Source of the DNA: Candidatus Latescibacterota bacterium | GTDB taxonomy: Bacteria; Latescibacterota; UBA2968; GCA-2709665 | DNA: 64,000 nt | NCBI GenBank assembly: GCA_965248435.1 | Contig: OZ252100.1 | Coordinates: 1,632,001 to 1,696,000, forward strand | Direction of reading: 5' to 3' | In this document: positions 39,173 to 49,160 of the stretch, in pieces | Position numbering within the stretch: the stretch's first letter is position 1 | How the letters are laid out: every line of letters starts with the position of its first letter | Made by a program: the position numbers and the translations under genes | Notes under the pieces: model-generated | The model's input: the letters and a program-made list of their open reading frames with translations, nothing else | Told to the model about the DNA's origin: nothing | Database searches by the model: none

Positions 39173-40108
39173 ATGAAGTGTCTCGTGACAGGCGGAGCAG
39201 GATTCATCGGCTCTAATCTCATCAAGGCCCTCCTCGACCGAGGTGACGAAGTTTCCGTCCTCGACAATTTCTCGACCGGCAAGCGGGAAAACTTGGGCCC
39301 TTTTCAGAACAGGGTTAACGTCATCGAGGGTGATCTGCGAAGTTACCACATCGTCCTGGAAGCTGCCAGGGGAGTCGAGGTGATCTTCCACCAGGGCGCG
39401 CTCCCTTCGGTTCCTCGCTCCATCAATGACCCAATCACGACCAACCAGGTGAGCGTTGAAGGCACCCTCAACATTCTGGACGCGGCCAAAGACACTGGGG
39501 TAAGACGTGTGGTCTATGCGTCTTCCTCATCCATCTACGGACAGAACGCACGCCTGCCAAAACGAGAAGACATGACACCGGCGCCGATTTCACCTTATGC
39601 CGTCGCAAAGCTGGCAGGTGAGAACTATTGCCAGGTCTTCACACGAACCTACGGACTTGAAACCGTCTGCCTCCGCTACTTCAACGTTTTTGGACCCAGG
39701 CAAGACCCCAGATCTGAATACTCTGCCGTCATTCCCCTGTTCGTCACCGCTTTCCTCGACGGAGGCCGGATTACGGTCTACGGAGACGGGGAACAGTCCC
39801 GTGACTTCACCCACGTGGACAACGTCGTCCAGGCCAACCTTCTTGCCGCTGAAGCAGCCGATGCCGCAGGCGAAGTCCTTAACGTCGCCTGTGGCGAACA
39901 GACGAGCCTGAATCAGATGCTGGATGCCCTCCGCCGTCTTTCCAAGGTAGACGTAGAGGTCGTCTATAAACAGCAGCGTGCGGGAGACGTCAAACATTCT
40001 CTCGCAGACATCGAAAGAGCCCGGAAGGTCCTGGGCTATACCCCGAAGGTCTTCGCCGAAGAAGGGCTTGAAAAGAGCCTGGAGTGGTATCGAACCGCAC
40101 GGAAGTGA
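39173..40108 (+). CDS. NAD-dependent UDP-sugar 4-epimerase (WbpP-like)
   Basis: TGGAGFIG, SVPRS, ASSSS.YG, YAVAK, RYFNVFGP and RDFTHV. Confidence 0.92.
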   Translation: MKCLVTGGAGFIGSNLIKALLDRGDEVSVLDNFSTGKRENLGPFQNRVNVIEGDLRSYHIVLEAARGVEVIFHQGALPSVPRSINDPITTNQVSVEGTLNILDAAKDTGVRRVVYASSSSIYGQNARLPKREDMTPAPISPYAVAKLAGENYCQVFTRTYGLETVCLRYFNVFGPRQDPRSEYSAVIPLFVTAFLDGGRITVYGDGEQSRDFTHVDNVVQANLLAAEAADAAGEVLNVACGEQTSLNQMLDALRRLSKVDVEVVYKQQRAGDVKHSLADIERARKVLGYTPKVFAEEGLEKSLEWYRTARK

Positions 40109-40147
40109 CAATGCGGGCGCAACTCGGTCCCAAAAGGTGAACCAGCC

Positions 40148-41644
40148 TTGAGCCGAAAGGTCCTCCTCATCGGTCTCGACTCGGCCCCCCCCGAGCTCCT
40201 CTTCGACCGATTCCTGAACGATCTTCCCAACATTCGCTCCCTGATTCAATCAGGCGTCTACGGCGACCTGAACAGCACGGTTCCTCCCATCACTGTCCCG
40301 GCCTGGATGAGTATGATGACCGGGAAAGACCCCGGCACGCTCGGATTCTACGGCCTCCGAAACCGGGCGGACCGTTCTTACTCCAGGATGACGATCGCCA
40401 ATTCCCAACTCGTGAAAGAAGATACCCTCTGGGATATTCTTGGCGCCGCTGGCAAAAAGGTAATCCTGGTCGGCGTCCCCCAAACCTACCCACCCAGGTC
40501 CGTGAATGGCTGTCTCATTTCTTCCTTCCTCACGCCAGGTACCAGTTCCCAGTACACATACCCATCGGACCTCAAGTCAGAGGTCGAACGGGTCTCAGGA
40601 GGGTATATCCTGGACGTGCCAAACTTCCGCACGGAAGACAAGGCCGTTCTGCTGCAGCAGATGTATGAAATGACCGAAAAGCGGTTTCGAGTCACTGAAC
40701 ATCTGATGCAGACACGCCCGTGGGACTTTATCGCACACGTCGAAATCGGAACGGACCGCATTAACCACGCGTTCTGGCGGTTCCTGGATGAAACCCACAG
40801 GCGCTACGAGCCGGATTCCATCCACAAAAGCGTCATCCTTGATTACTACCGGTTCATCGATCGAGAGATCGGAAAATTCGTCGAACTTGCTGGAGACGAC
40901 ACAGCGATTTTGCTCGTGTCGGATCACGGGGCCAAACGGATCGATGGCGGAATCTGCGTGAACGAATGGCTTGCGAGGGAGGGGTATCTCGCCCTCGAAT
41001 CTTCGCCGTCCGGGCCTGCCCTGCTAGAGGAAGTGGGCGTCGACTGGGACCGGACGACCGCCTGGGGCGAGGGCGGATACTACGCCCGAATCTTCTTGAA
41101 CGTGAAGGGTCGGGAGCCGCGGGGCACGGTCAGCCCGGAGGCCTTCGAGTCCCTCCGGGACGAGTTAGCGACGAGGCTGGCGGCCATCCCGGACGAATCG
41201 GGGGCTGAGATCGGCACGCAGGTCTTCAAGCCGCAGGACGTCTACCAGACGTGCAACGGCGTTCCTCCGGACCTGATCGTGTATTTCGGGAACCTGCTCT
41301 GGCGATCTGTCGGGACGGTCGGCACTGGAGAGATCCACGCACGCGAGAACGACACAGGTCCTGACGATGCGAACCACGCTGAGAAGGGTGTGTTCATCGC
41401 CCGCGCGAAGGGTTTCGAATCAGGCCGGAAACTCGAAGGTCTGGACATCCTCGACATCGCTCCGACCGTGCTGTCGATTATGGACGTTCCCGTGCCCCAG
41501 GATATACGACATCACAGCATTCTGGAAACAACGGAAAAGGAAAGAGGCCCAAAGCAGAGGAGAGGGTCTGGAACCGAGGAAGTCTATTCAGCAGAGGAGA
41601 GGGCCGCAATAGAAGACAGACTGAGGGCCTTGGGTTACCTTTAG
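40148..41644 (+). CDS. AlkP-superfamily (type I phosphodiesterase/nucleotide pyrophosphatase-like) protein
   Basis: IGLDSA, S.VPPITVPAW, DRINH, VSDHG, DANH and C-terminal RLRALGYL. Confidence 0.85.
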   Translation: MSRKVLLIGLDSAPPELLFDRFLNDLPNIRSLIQSGVYGDLNSTVPPITVPAWMSMMTGKDPGTLGFYGLRNRADRSYSRMTIANSQLVKEDTLWDILGAAGKKVILVGVPQTYPPRSVNGCLISSFLTPGTSSQYTYPSDLKSEVERVSGGYILDVPNFRTEDKAVLLQQMYEMTEKRFRVTEHLMQTRPWDFIAHVEIGTDRINHAFWRFLDETHRRYEPDSIHKSVILDYYRFIDREIGKFVELAGDDTAILLVSDHGAKRIDGGICVNEWLAREGYLALESSPSGPALLEEVGVDWDRTTAWGEGGYYARIFLNVKGREPRGTVSPEAFESLRDELATRLAAIPDESGAEIGTQVFKPQDVYQTCNGVPPDLIVYFGNLLWRSVGTVGTGEIHARENDTGPDDANHAEKGVFIARAKGFESGRKLEGLDILDIAPTVLSIMDVPVPQDIRHHSILETTEKERGPKQRRGSGTEEVYSAEERAAIEDRLRALGYL

Positions 41645-41655
41645 GGGGAAGAGGA

Positions 41656-42399
41656 ATGACGAGCGCGATTTCTGAATCGGCTGTTTTGGGAACGGGCACC
41701 CTGGTCGGCGAATATACGGTGATCATGGAGAACGTCCGAATCGGCGTCCACTGCCAGGTCGGTCACCACGTCGTCATCCATCCTGATACGGTCATCGGCG
41801 ATAACGCGCGAATCGATGATCACGCTGTACTCGGCAAGCCGCCGCTGCGATCACCAGCGATGGCGACGCCCCAAGGTGGGAACCTTCCTCCTCTGGAACT
41901 GGCGGAGGGCGTTCTGGTTGGTACTGGTGCGATTCTGTTCAGGGGCGCGAGAATCGAATCCGGCGTCCTCATCGGAGACGGCGCTTCCGTCCGGGAAGAG
42001 AGCTCGGTGGGGGTGGGCTCGATCGTCGGGCGGTCCGTCGTGATCGAGGACAAAGTGGCGGTTGGAAACGGGTGCAAAATCGAGACAGGTGCGTTCATCG
42101 CCGCGATGTCTCAGATCGGCAATGGGTGCTTTGTTGCGCCAGAAGTCACCGTGACCAATGACAACTACCTCGGCCGGACAGAGGAGCGGAAGAGGCACTT
42201 CAAGGGAATCACGATAAGAGATGGCGGGCGAATCGGGGCCAATGCGACGATTTTGCCCGGAATCACCATCCATCAGGATGGCGTCGCAGCCGCAGGAGCC
42301 GTGGTTACGAGAGATGTTCCAGCCTGTCAGGTCGTCGTTGGCGTTCCGGCGAAATTCCTCCGTGAAGTCCCGCAAGATCAGCTTTTGGAAAATCGGTAA
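41656..42399 (+). CDS. Hexapeptide-repeat sugar N-acyltransferase (WbpD-like)
   Basis: Left-handed beta-helix repeats; TND; IGANATILPG; GAVVTRDVP...VGVPAK. Confidence 0.88.
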   Translation: MTSAISESAVLGTGTLVGEYTVIMENVRIGVHCQVGHHVVIHPDTVIGDNARIDDHAVLGKPPLRSPAMATPQGGNLPPLELAEGVLVGTGAILFRGARIESGVLIGDGASVREESSVGVGSIVGRSVVIEDKVAVGNGCKIETGAFIAAMSQIGNGCFVAPEVTVTNDNYLGRTEERKRHFKGITIRDGGRIGANATILPGITIHQDGVAAAGAVVTRDVPACQVVVGVPAKFLREVPQDQLLENR

Positions 42400-42582
42400 T
42401 CAATCCCTCCTCTTCAGCCAGAAAAACCAAATGCCTTTCTCAGCTCGCTCTTTCTGAGCTGTTTAGGACCTTCCTCGCCTATCCTGCTCCTCTCGATGAA
42501 ATTTCCCGTATAACGGAATAAATTTCCCTTCCGAGTTTTGATTCCTAGTGGTTGCGACCCTGCAATTCTCCCACGTGAGTTC

Positions 42583-42676
42583 CTATAACATACTAAAAAT
42601 AATAAAATTAACTAAGACTCTGCGATCGATTCCGTGGTGCATTTCTAGAGTGATCAGAAAGGGCATAGGAATTGCG
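42583..42676 (+). promoter_or_regulatory. sigma54-like promoter with upstream AT-rich tract, heading the glycan island
   Basis: GGGCATAGGAATTGCG (GG-N10-GC) at 42661-42676; AT-rich 42583-42615; IHF-like GATCAAGTAGTTG near 42747. Confidence 0.5.
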
Positions 42677-42899
42677 TCTAGAGTCCAAAGATGCTGACGG
42701 GAACGGGCTAATCCTCACGCGAGAATTGCCGATTAAATAAGTAAAAGATCAAGTAGTTGCCTCATCCCCCTCTGCCCCGCCGCAATTCTCTCCACTTGTG
42801 CCATCCCCTTATGACCCCGGAGACTCTCGGGCGATCAGATAGAACAGCAGCTAACCTCAGCTTATCTGAAAACCTCCATTAAACTATCGCTAGTAGGAG

Positions 42900-44753
42900 A
42901 TGGGTCCTGCAATGCGGCCTCAGGGATTTCAAGAATTGATTCGGATCTTGGGAACACACGCAAAGCCGTATCGGGTTCAGATTGGCCTATCTCTGATGCT
43001 GGGGGTCTTGCTGGCTTTGCTGGAAGGAGTCGGACTGGGGCTTTTGGTACCCATTCTTCAAGGGTTAACCGACAATGCATCCGTCATATCTGGCAATCCA
43101 GTAATAGACTGGATCAGCCGTCCATTTGCTGATGTTCCTACGCAAGCGCGTCTCCAGATCTTGATGGCCGTTCTACTTGGCGTAACTGTGTTGAAAAACG
43201 GAGCGGCCTATGGTCATACGGTCTTAAACGAGTGGCTCCGCCTGAACCTGATGCGTCGCCTCAGATGCAAGATCTTCGATCAGTTACTCCACGTAGGTTG
43301 CGAGTTTTTGGCCGAACGACGAAGTGGAGATCTATGGAACGAGTTGACAACTGAGACGAATCGGACCGCCCAGTTGGCGGTTACATTGGTTCAGCAGGCG
43401 GCCATTCTTTTTGTTACCGCAGTGTGTGTGGGGCTTTTGTTCTTGATCTCGTGGCCACTAACGCTCCTAGCTGGGATGACATTAGGCATTCTTTCTCTCC
43501 TTCTACGCACCTTTATCAAGAGATCTCGCGAAGCAGGCAAACGAATCAGCAGAGCCTATGCGGACAGCTCCTCCGTTGGAGTAGAAGCCCTGGGTGCCAT
43601 GAAGGTGATTCGTCTTTTTGGGCGAGAGAAATTTGAGAGAGACCGCTTTGACGCGATGGTAATGCACGCAAACCAGGCCGACATGTATTCGGCTAAGATC
43701 AGAGCCCTTGTAACCCCGATTTCAGAACTTTTTACAATGGGCATGTTCGCTCTCACGGTTGTATTGGCTGCAGGGCACTTTGTACAACCCGTCGATGCCT
43801 TTCTCCCCCTTCTTCTCACTTTTCTCTTTATCCTTTATCGACTCATGCCGCGCGTGACACGATTTAACAGTAACAGGACGATCATCGCGAACAATACACC
43901 GGCGCTCGCCGCTGTTGCCAATGCCCTTTCTTCTGCGGACAAACCATTCGTGAAAACCGGTACTCAACCGTTTGTTCGACTGTGTAAGGCAATTCAATTT
44001 GAGCATGTTTCGTTTTCGTACAATGGCAGGGCTCTACCAGCGCTGAACAACGTAAATCTCGAGATTCCATACGGCAAAACCACAGCGATCGTTGGGGCCT
44101 CGGGCGCGGGAAAATCCACGCTTGCAGATCTGATCCCCCGTCTCTACGATCCGGGTGACGGCCGCATCATGGCCGATGAGATCGATATTCGCGACCTGGA
44201 CCTCACTGACTGGCGCTCCGCCATCGGCGTCGTTAGCCAGGAAACTTTTGTGTTTCACGCCTCTATTAGAGACAACATTCGATATGGGAGGTTGGATGCT
44301 ACCGAGGTGGAAATCGAAGACTCAAGCCGCCGTGCAAATGCCTATGAGTTTATTTCACAGATGCCTAAAGGATTTGATACCGTGGTGGGTGACCGGGGGA
44401 TGAGGCTTTCAGGCGGGCAGAGACAGCGGATAGCAATAGCCAGGGCTATCCTGAGGAATCCTCAAATATTGATCCTTGATGAAGCCACGAGTGCTTTGGA
44501 TACGGCCTCTGAGAGACTCGTACAAGAGGCCCTTGAGGACCTGAGCGAGAACCGAACGGTAGTCATAGTTGCCCACCGTCTTTCGACGATATCGAAAGCT
44601 GATCAAGTAATCGTTCTACAGGATGGTACGGTCGCTGAAATAGGGACGCACGAGGAACTCATGGGTAAGAAGGGAGTATACTGGCGATATCATTCCCTGC
44701 AATTCGATTCCTCTGTCGCATACTCTGGAGAACTACAAAATGCCTATCAATGA
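42900..44753 (+). CDS. ABC exporter/flippase (MsbA/PglK/HepA-like)
   Basis: TMD followed by GASGAGKST, LSGGQRQRIAIARA, ILDEATSALD and AHRLST. Confidence 0.92.
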   Translation: MGPAMRPQGFQELIRILGTHAKPYRVQIGLSLMLGVLLALLEGVGLGLLVPILQGLTDNASVISGNPVIDWISRPFADVPTQARLQILMAVLLGVTVLKNGAAYGHTVLNEWLRLNLMRRLRCKIFDQLLHVGCEFLAERRSGDLWNELTTETNRTAQLAVTLVQQAAILFVTAVCVGLLFLISWPLTLLAGMTLGILSLLLRTFIKRSREAGKRISRAYADSSSVGVEALGAMKVIRLFGREKFERDRFDAMVMHANQADMYSAKIRALVTPISELFTMGMFALTVVLAAGHFVQPVDAFLPLLLTFLFILYRLMPRVTRFNSNRTIIANNTPALAAVANALSSADKPFVKTGTQPFVRLCKAIQFEHVSFSYNGRALPALNNVNLEIPYGKTTAIVGASGAGKSTLADLIPRLYDPGDGRIMADEIDIRDLDLTDWRSAIGVVSQETFVFHASIRDNIRYGRLDATEVEIEDSSRRANAYEFISQMPKGFDTVVGDRGMRLSGGQRQRIAIARAILRNPQILILDEATSALDTASERLVQEALEDLSENRTVVIVAHRLSTISKADQVIVLQDGTVAEIGTHEELMGKKGVYWRYHSLQFDSSVAYSGELQNAYQ

Positions 44754-45714
44754 CAAAGTCATCTTCCTTACCGGAGGAACAGGGTCCTTCGGAAGAAAGT
44801 TTGTCCAAATCGCTCTCCGCGATTTCAACCCGAGCAAAGTGATCGTCTTCAGTCGAGACGAACTGAAGCAGCACGAGATGCGGGAAGAGCTTTCGGACCG
44901 GCGCCTGCGGTTCTTCCTTGGAGATATCCGTGATCGGGAGCGACTCCAACGGGCGATGAAAGGCGTCGATATCGTGATTCACGCGGCTGCATTAAAGCAG
45001 GTACCCGCGTGCGAATACAATCCGATGGAGGCGATCCTGACAAACGTCATGGGAACCCGAAATGTCATCGAGGCGGCCCTGGATACCGGCGTCAAGAAGG
45101 CAGTTGCTTTGAGCACTGACAAAGCCGTGAACCCGGTAAATCTGTATGGCGCCACGAAGCTCTGTGCTGAAAAGCTGTTTATCCAAAGTAATTCTTATTC
45201 GGGCGACTACGGAACTCGTTTCTGCTGCGTTCGATACGGCAACGTTGTTGGCAGTCGTGGGAGCGTGATCCCACTGTTCTTGAACCAGAGAAAGAATGGG
45301 CGAGTGACCGTAACTGACAGGCGTATGACACGGTTCTGGATCACACTCGAACAGGGCGTCAAGTTCGTGATCCGATGTCTGGGCCAGATGCACGGAGGCG
45401 AGGTCTTCGTGCCCAAGATCCCGAGCACCAACATGATCAATCTCACAAAGGCAGTGGTGCCCGAATGTGCAATCGAAGAGATCGGGATTCGCCCCGGCGA
45501 AAAGCTTCATGAGGTACTTATCTCGGAAGACGAGGCCAGAAACGCCTTGGATCTCGACGACATGTTCATCGTTCAGCCTGTCTATCCGTGGTGGTTCAAA
45601 GGGAACTGGGGAAACGGCAGGCCCTTGAAGGACGGATACAAATACGACAGTGACACGAACGAAAAGTCCCTCTCCGCGGATGAAATCCGCGACATCGTTG
45701 AGGAGATCGTTTGA
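44740..45714 (+). CDS. pseB: UDP-GlcNAc 4,6-dehydratase (inverting)
   Basis: TGGTGSFG, SRDELKQ, AALKQVP.CEYNP, STDKA, YGATK, RYGNVVGSRGSV and GIRPGEKLHE. Confidence 0.95.
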   Translation: MPINDKVIFLTGGTGSFGRKFVQIALRDFNPSKVIVFSRDELKQHEMREELSDRRLRFFLGDIRDRERLQRAMKGVDIVIHAAALKQVPACEYNPMEAILTNVMGTRNVIEAALDTGVKKAVALSTDKAVNPVNLYGATKLCAEKLFIQSNSYSGDYGTRFCCVRYGNVVGSRGSVIPLFLNQRKNGRVTVTDRRMTRFWITLEQGVKFVIRCLGQMHGGEVFVPKIPSTNMINLTKAVVPECAIEEIGIRPGEKLHEVLISEDEARNALDLDDMFIVQPVYPWWFKGNWGNGRPLKDGYKYDSDTNEKSLSADEIRDIVEEIV

Positions 45715-46897
45715 AAACGATCACAGAAGCTCCGTCGACAGCACCGGACCCTACGGGTATGCTTCCTTACGGTCGTCAGTGGGTGGACGAAGAGGATATC
45801 CAGGCCGTGGTCGACGTTCTCCGGTCCGACTGGCTCACGACAGGGCCAAATGTAGAAAGATTTGAAAGGGCTTTCGCCGAGTTTGTTGGAGTCCGCGAAG
45901 CGGTTGCGGTCTCGAGCGGAACGGCCGCATTACACGCGGCTGTCTACGCCGCTGGAATCGGACCTGATGATGAAGTAATCGTCCCTGCCCTGACTTTTGC
46001 TGCGTCTGCCAACTGTGTCGTCTTCCAGGGAGGTACGCCCGTTTTTGCCGACGTATGCCGAGACACGCTTTTGGTGGACCCAGAAAACGTCAAGGCCCTG
46101 ATCACCCCGCGGACAAAGGCCATAATTGCAGTCGACTATGCCGGCCATCCAAGCGACTACGATGATCTATCTGAGTTGTGTGAACAATACGGCTTAGCGT
46201 TGATCGCTGACGGATGCCACTCCCTTGGGGCAACTTATCGAAACCGTCCGATAGGAAGCATTGCCGACTTAAGTGCGTTCAGTTTCCATCCTGTAAAACA
46301 TATTGCGACGGGTGAGGGAGGTATGGTTACCACAGACGATACCAACTTTGCGAGAAGGATTAGAAGGTTCCGCAACCACGGAGTTGATTCCGATTCGAGA
46401 GAGAGGGCAAAGAACGGCCAGTTCTACTATGAAATGGTCGACTTGGGCTACAATTACAGACTCAGCGACCTACAGTGCGCGCTGGGCCTCAGTCAACTCC
46501 GAAAATTGCCAAAGTTTCTTTCCAGGCGCAGGAGCATGCAGGCCGGTACGACGAAGCACTCTCTGAGTTTCCGTTTGTGTCCCCCCTAAGTGTGCGAAGT
46601 GACGTCTCTCACGCATATCACCTCTATCCCGTGCTATTCAATCCTGAATTTCTTGGGAAGCCTAGGGAGTGGGTCTTCTCGGAACTTCGCCGCCAGAACA
46701 TCGGTGTGAACGTCCACTATCTTCCGGTCTATATGCACCCCTACTATGAGAACCTCCTCGGCGACCTGCGCGGACAATGTCCCGTCGCAGAGTCTGCCTA
46801 CAAGAATCTGATCAGCCTTCCGCTCTTTCCACAGATGACACCTTCGGACTTGGAGACTGTTTTGGAGGCGATTCGAAACCTCAGGGGGCGAGCATGA
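45711..46897 (+). pseudogene. pseC: PseC-type DegT/DnrJ aminotransferase with a 1-nt frameshift near 46537
   Basis: PYGRQ, LTTGP, SGTAALH, SFHPVKHIATGEGG and LGYNYRLSD in the first frame; YDEAL...HAYHLY...VHYLPVY.HP...ISLPLFP in the next frame. Confidence 0.85.
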
Positions 46898-47631
46898 GGA
46901 CTATATGCATCATTCAGGCACGAACCAATTCCCGAAGGTTTCCGGGAAAAGTATTGATGGATCTCTGCGGTAAACCAATGCTGATCCAGCAAATCCGTCG
47001 GTTGAAGCGCTGTACACAGCTTGATGAGATCGTCATCGCAACCACACGACACTCGACAGACGAACCGCTCGTCCATCTGGCAGATGAAGAACACGTCGGG
47101 TGGTTTCGAGGAAGCGAGCAAGACGTCTTGAGCCGTTTTGTTGGGGCGGCGAAAGAATTCAATGCTGAAGTCATTGTGCGAATAACAGCGGACTGTCCAT
47201 TGATCGATCCAGATGTTACGGATCTGGTCATTCAAGAATTGGTCAGCAAACCAAACGAGTTTGACTATGGAAGCAATGTTCAGGAGCGTACCTATCCTCG
47301 CGGTCTGGATACAGAAGTCTTCTTCCTCGATACCCTACTCCGCATGGGTAGACTCGCTGACTCAGAATGTGCACGCGAACACGTCACGATCCTCCCACGA
47401 TCAGAACGTCCAGATCTGTTTCTCTGCAAATCAGTGACTGATGACGAAGACAACTCTGACCTGAGGTGGACGGTCGACACGGTCGCCGATCTGGAGTTGA
47501 TTCGCCAGCTTTATCGCCGCCTGTCACTTGACTCTAAACACGTGCCATATCGGGAGATACTTTCGCACATCCGTCTTAACACCGATCTGGTCGGCTTGAA
47601 CACAGGTATTGAAACTTGGACACCAGCCTGA
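46894..47631 (+). CDS. SpsF-type acylneuraminate cytidylyltransferase (PseF-like) 1
   Basis: IIQAR..S.RFPGKVL, FRGSEQDVL.R, TADCPLID, REHVT and RWTVDT..D. Confidence 0.88.
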   Translation: MRTICIIQARTNSRRFPGKVLMDLCGKPMLIQQIRRLKRCTQLDEIVIATTRHSTDEPLVHLADEEHVGWFRGSEQDVLSRFVGAAKEFNAEVIVRITADCPLIDPDVTDLVIQELVSKPNEFDYGSNVQERTYPRGLDTEVFFLDTLLRMGRLADSECAREHVTILPRSERPDLFLCKSVTDDEDNSDLRWTVDTVADLELIRQLYRRLSLDSKHVPYREILSHIRLNTDLVGLNTGIETWTPA

Positions 47632-49160
47632 TCCCTCCAGCAGTCTTTCGGGTGGACAGCTCCCCGGCAATCGGCAGCGGCCACCTGATGCGATGCCTGG
47701 CACTCGCTCAAAACTGGCAGGCAAGGGGAGGTCACGTGACCTTCCTGAGCGCCTGCCGGAACAAGGAGCTCGAATCACGGCTCACTCGCTGCGGCGTGAC
47801 ATTCAAACGCCTCAAATCTGGTCTGCCACTCATCGATGACCTACAGCGGACCCTGGAGTTCCTCGGGCGCAGCGCGCCTGATGCTCGTGTTATTTTAGAT
47901 GGGTACCACTTCGATTCAGATTACCAAAGGGCACTGCGGAGACACGGGTTCCAAACACTGGTCATTGAAGACACGGTTCGCTTTCCGCACTACTATGCCG
48001 ATCTTCTGCTGAATCAGAACGACACCTCGGGGGAACGTGGATTTGTCTGTGACACTGACACCACCATCCTTTGCGGGTCTCGCTTTTCCCTGCTGCGGTC
48101 TGAATTTCTAAACGCGAAGCTTTCGACGAAAGAGATCCCATCTCGAGCCAAGAGACTCCTGGTAACTTTCGGCGGAAGTGATCCCGGAAACATTACGCTA
48201 GAGGTCATCAAATCCTTGGGGACGAGCGGGCTGTCGGACCTTGACATCAAGGTCCTAGTCGGAGCCGCGAATCAGAATCGGGAAAGCCTAAAAAAAGTAG
48301 CTGGCAGCCTGGGCATGGAAATACACCTGTTGACTCACGTGGCGGATATGGTGGGCCTCCTATCCTGGGCTGACTTGGCTGTGACTGCAGGAGGGACAAC
48401 GTGCTGGGAGTTGGCCCTTATGGGCGTCCCTGCACTTGTTCTCCAAACCGCAGAAAATCAGTCGGGAGTAATTGACACGCTCTCCCAGTTTGGAATATCT
48501 GTCAATATGGGATCCGCCGACAGCCTAAATCGGGAGAGATTGAAGAAAGAGATCGTCCAGCTCAGCGCCGATCAAGAGTGCCGCTTGCGAATGAGCAAGC
48601 TTGGCCGCTTGCTCATTGACGGAAATGGCGCGGATCGAGTCGTTGAGGCTTTCTTGGACGAGCACAGATCATCGCGCACCGACATCAGACCAGCTACGCT
48701 AGGGGATGCGCGAATCATCTGGAATTGGAGAAACGATCCGTTGGTTCGACAAAGCGCATTCAATTCAGACTCTATTTCATGGGAGAATCATCTTGCCTGG
48801 TATGTTGACAAGCTGAACTCCTCGGATACCAAAATCTGGATGCTTGATTACGGAAATTGCCCAGTGGGATGCATCCGCTACGATCGCGATGATACTGATT
48901 CTGCACAAATCAGCTTTGTTGTGGACCCAGAGCATCGAGGCAAAGGTTTCGGGACGATGCTTATCGAGAAGACGATACAACGGGCTTTCGTGGCGTTCAG
49001 TGTTCCCAGAGTAAAAGGTATCTCCTTTGTAAGCAACTTGGCTTCCTCAAAGGTATTCGCAAAAGCCGGCTTCATTAAGTCCTGCGAACGGGTCATCGCC
49101 GGTACGCAGTGCACAGTATTCGAACGAGACCGCGAAGATGGTCATGGAGCGCTTAATTGA
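47616..49160 (+). CDS. pseG: PseG UDP-sugar hydrolase fused to a PseH-like GNAT acetyltransferase
   Basis: FRVD...IG.GHLMRCLALA, LDGY.F, FGGSD, AGGTT.WE, AENQ and DGNGA.R; C-terminal WRND..VR, H..W, G.IR.D and RGKGFG. Confidence 0.88.
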   Translation: MDTSLIPPAVFRVDSSPAIGSGHLMRCLALAQNWQARGGHVTFLSACRNKELESRLTRCGVTFKRLKSGLPLIDDLQRTLEFLGRSAPDARVILDGYHFDSDYQRALRRHGFQTLVIEDTVRFPHYYADLLLNQNDTSGERGFVCDTDTTILCGSRFSLLRSEFLNAKLSTKEIPSRAKRLLVTFGGSDPGNITLEVIKSLGTSGLSDLDIKVLVGAANQNRESLKKVAGSLGMEIHLLTHVADMVGLLSWADLAVTAGGTTCWELALMGVPALVLQTAENQSGVIDTLSQFGISVNMGSADSLNRERLKKEIVQLSADQECRLRMSKLGRLLIDGNGADRVVEAFLDEHRSSRTDIRPATLGDARIIWNWRNDPLVRQSAFNSDSISWENHLAWYVDKLNSSDTKIWMLDYGNCPVGCIRYDRDDTDSAQISFVVDPEHRGKGFGTMLIEKTIQRAFVAFSVPRVKGISFVSNLASSKVFAKAGFIKSCERVIAGTQCTVFERDREDGHGALN

